DNA of 52,679 nucleotides, filler included, from Squatina squatina (Eukaryota): the NCBI GenBank assembly GCA_031763465.1. It is 3 parts of 3 records of this genome, joined end to end, with 100 filler letters (N's around TTAATTAATTAA, not from the genome) between each part and the next. Parts side by side here need not be neighbours in the genome. Positions count along the whole stretch, not along the records: positions 35,836 to 52,679 come from JARFOE010000162.1; 2 more parts are not named here. The stretch is one strand, 5' to 3'. Positions 50,611 to 52,679 of this stretch are shown here, in pieces (positions within the stretch are counted from its first letter, which is position 1; each line of letters begins with the position of its first letter). Position numbers and translations under genes: made by a program. Under the pieces are notes generated by a model. That model saw nothing but the letters and a program-made list of their open reading frames with translations. It made no database searches and was not told the origin of the DNA.

Positions 50611-52334
50611 TTAGAAGGCAGGTGGAGCTGTGCCCCAGTGTGAGTCACTGCCTGCAGAGGGAAAAGGAGAATATTTGCTAAGGAATTGACCGCCTCCCTG
50701 CACCCTGCACCCTCTCCCTTTCCCCAGCTCTGTTTGAACTGATCTGTCTAACCTTTCAGTATTTCTCTCTGGCATAAAAAGGCTGAAAGGTTTTTTTTTA
50801 AGTACATGCAAATAATTTCTAACAGCAGTCCAAACTCTGTTTGCAATTTGATCCTCCCCAGAAAAATAACCCCATCATTACTAAAATATTTTAACAACAG
50901 TGCATACATAAAATATAAAATAATGGATTGATGTATAAAATCTGCATTATGTGAGTTCTCGAGGGAATTGACTTGACCATCTGCCANNNNNNNNNNNNNN
51001 NNNNNNNNNNNNNNNNNNNNNNNNNNNNNNNNNNNNNNNNNNNNNNNNNNNNNNNNNNNNNNNNNNNNNNNNNNNNNNNNNNNNNNAGGTCTATCTGTTT
51101 TGTGGAAACATAGAGAAAAGTTACTGCTGGAGATGTGCTGGGTAAGGTGGGACAGATGGCAGTGAAAAGAAGCACACCATTTGAAGGTAGATTGTATGTG
51201 GGGTAAATCATATAAATTTAGACCCTAATCAAATTTTCTCTGCTAAGCAACAGGATACAACTACATTTCTCAACATAGTGAGCAGCAGATGTTGAGGGAA
51301 TGATGAATACTGCTGGCCATCTGGACTAAAGATCAGTAGTAGTAGAACACATCGTCAATCTTTAGAAGCAAAACCAATATAAACACATCAGTTCCTTGAA
51401 CTTTAGGAATTTTAATCATTCCAGTGGATCTCCTGTGGTATCTTTTGCAGTAAGGCAGAGAATACGGCTACTCTCTTACCTGCCTCTAATGTCTTTGTGG
51501 GGTGATTCTCCATGTCTCTCCTATTCTGCCTTTGTCTTTCTCTTTCCCTTCTCAGCTGGTTCTCTCCCCTTAATTCTTTTTGTTTCTCTCTCTGTGTCCT
51601 CTCTTTCTATTTCTTTCTTCTTTCCTTTCAGATGGGTGGTATGGCATTACCTTGTGAGGAAAGGAAACACCAATGACTGCTGGCTACATTTGGGGGTTGC
51701 AAGGAAAACATGGCTCTCTGTGTTTCCACCCCCAACCGCATCCGCGACCTCTAAAACTCCCCATTACCCATTTCCCTTCCTACCTCTCCCTCACTAACTC
51801 CACCTCTTCCCCTTTAAACAACCTCTAGATCCTCCTGTCCTCCTGCTGGTTATTTATAATTCCTCTGGTTCTGAAGACCTGCTATGTCATCACATTTCTT
51901 CCATCACAGTTTCCAGGAATGTGACTCACGGTAAGCTATTAAACCAAAATGACCAAAGTACAAGGGACTGCTGTTAGACTCTGGTACTGGTTAAATCAGC
52001 AAGCCCTCCACAGCAAATCAAATCAAGTTCAGTTTGAGATTTAACTGAAAAGTAGGCTCTTGCTAAATAAACTTTTTTCCACCATGTTACGCAACATCTA
52101 TCATCAGTTAATGATTAACTTTGTTATTGCTGCAACATTGCTCCATAAAGATCACTTTACTGCGTGGAGTTAATAATTTTATCCTGATAATTACTCTAAT
52201 TCAGCTTTATTATTTACAGTTTTTTTTAACAATTTCCCAATCTTTTGTTTTTCATTCCTTCTTTCCTGAAAACAATCTCTCAGGTTTGCGAATGCCATCA
52301 ACTGTCTGATACTTGATCAAATAGCTAATCTTAA

Positions 52335-52590
52335 AGTGTGAGCCTTGGGATTGAGGGTCAGCAGGCTATTCAACTAAGGGGGTTATTACATATGAATTTG
52401 ATCCTCTCCTCAGCCAACATCCACATTGTGTGTTTTCCAGCAGGGGTCACTGGACGTTAATCAGGAGTAGGACTAAAAGCAGGAAATGCATGAAATAAGC
52501 TGGACATCCATCAATATCTACAAATAGAAGAGATAGGTTAAAGTTGCACTGAGGTCAATTGTAGCATCCCAACTGCTACCCTGGCTGAAT
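52335..52590 (-). mobile_element. AmnSINE2-like SINE
   Basis: GTGTGAGCCT..CAGCAGGCTATTC..TTTCCAGCAGGGGTCACTGGA..ATCAGGAGT..CACTGAGGTCAATTGTAGC..CTGCTACCCTGGCTGA is the reverse complement of the family motifs. AACTGCTACCCTGGCTGA is shared exactly with 4493-4510. Confidence 0.6.
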
Positions 52591-52679
52591 CTTAATGGAT
52601 AACTTATTGATATTAAATATTGATAATTTAATAACATGGAGGAATGCCTGGTGATCAGCCAATGTAGGGCTAGGCGATT

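Noticed and set aside
51396-51797. Hydrophobic 133-aa ORF resembling a membrane protein (similar case at 26020-26340)
   Set aside because: Product of CT-rich low-complexity sequence with a non-ATG start and no homology.

Overview
Eukaryotic (vertebrate) genomic DNA, most likely a cartilaginous fish judging by the CR1 LINE tails, Deu-SINEs and Harbinger remnants. It comes from a fragmented draft assembly with many 100-N gaps. The window is not one locus: two artificial N44-TTAATTAATTAA-N44 spacers (21717-21816 and 35736-35835) join three separate pieces. Piece 1 (1-21716) holds the last coding exon and long 3'UTR of PUM1, a syndecan-3-type exon 2 that the ORF track misses, and a dead PIF/Harbinger transposase with a hAT MITE next to it. 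Piece 2 (21817-35735) holds three exons of SUCO including its stop, followed by the TNF-domain exon of a Fas ligand gene, the same SUCO-FASLG order as in human. Piece 3 (35836-52679) has no exon I can recognise, only repeats and some enhancer-like AT-rich blocks. Gene identities rest on recalled human sequences, not on a database search. I found no convincing novel biological system. The most interesting items are the FasL with LIGHT/TL1A-like features, the PUM1/PUM2 mosaic C-terminus, Pumilio sites in PUM1 and in the neighbouring putative 3'UTR, and nested transposons.
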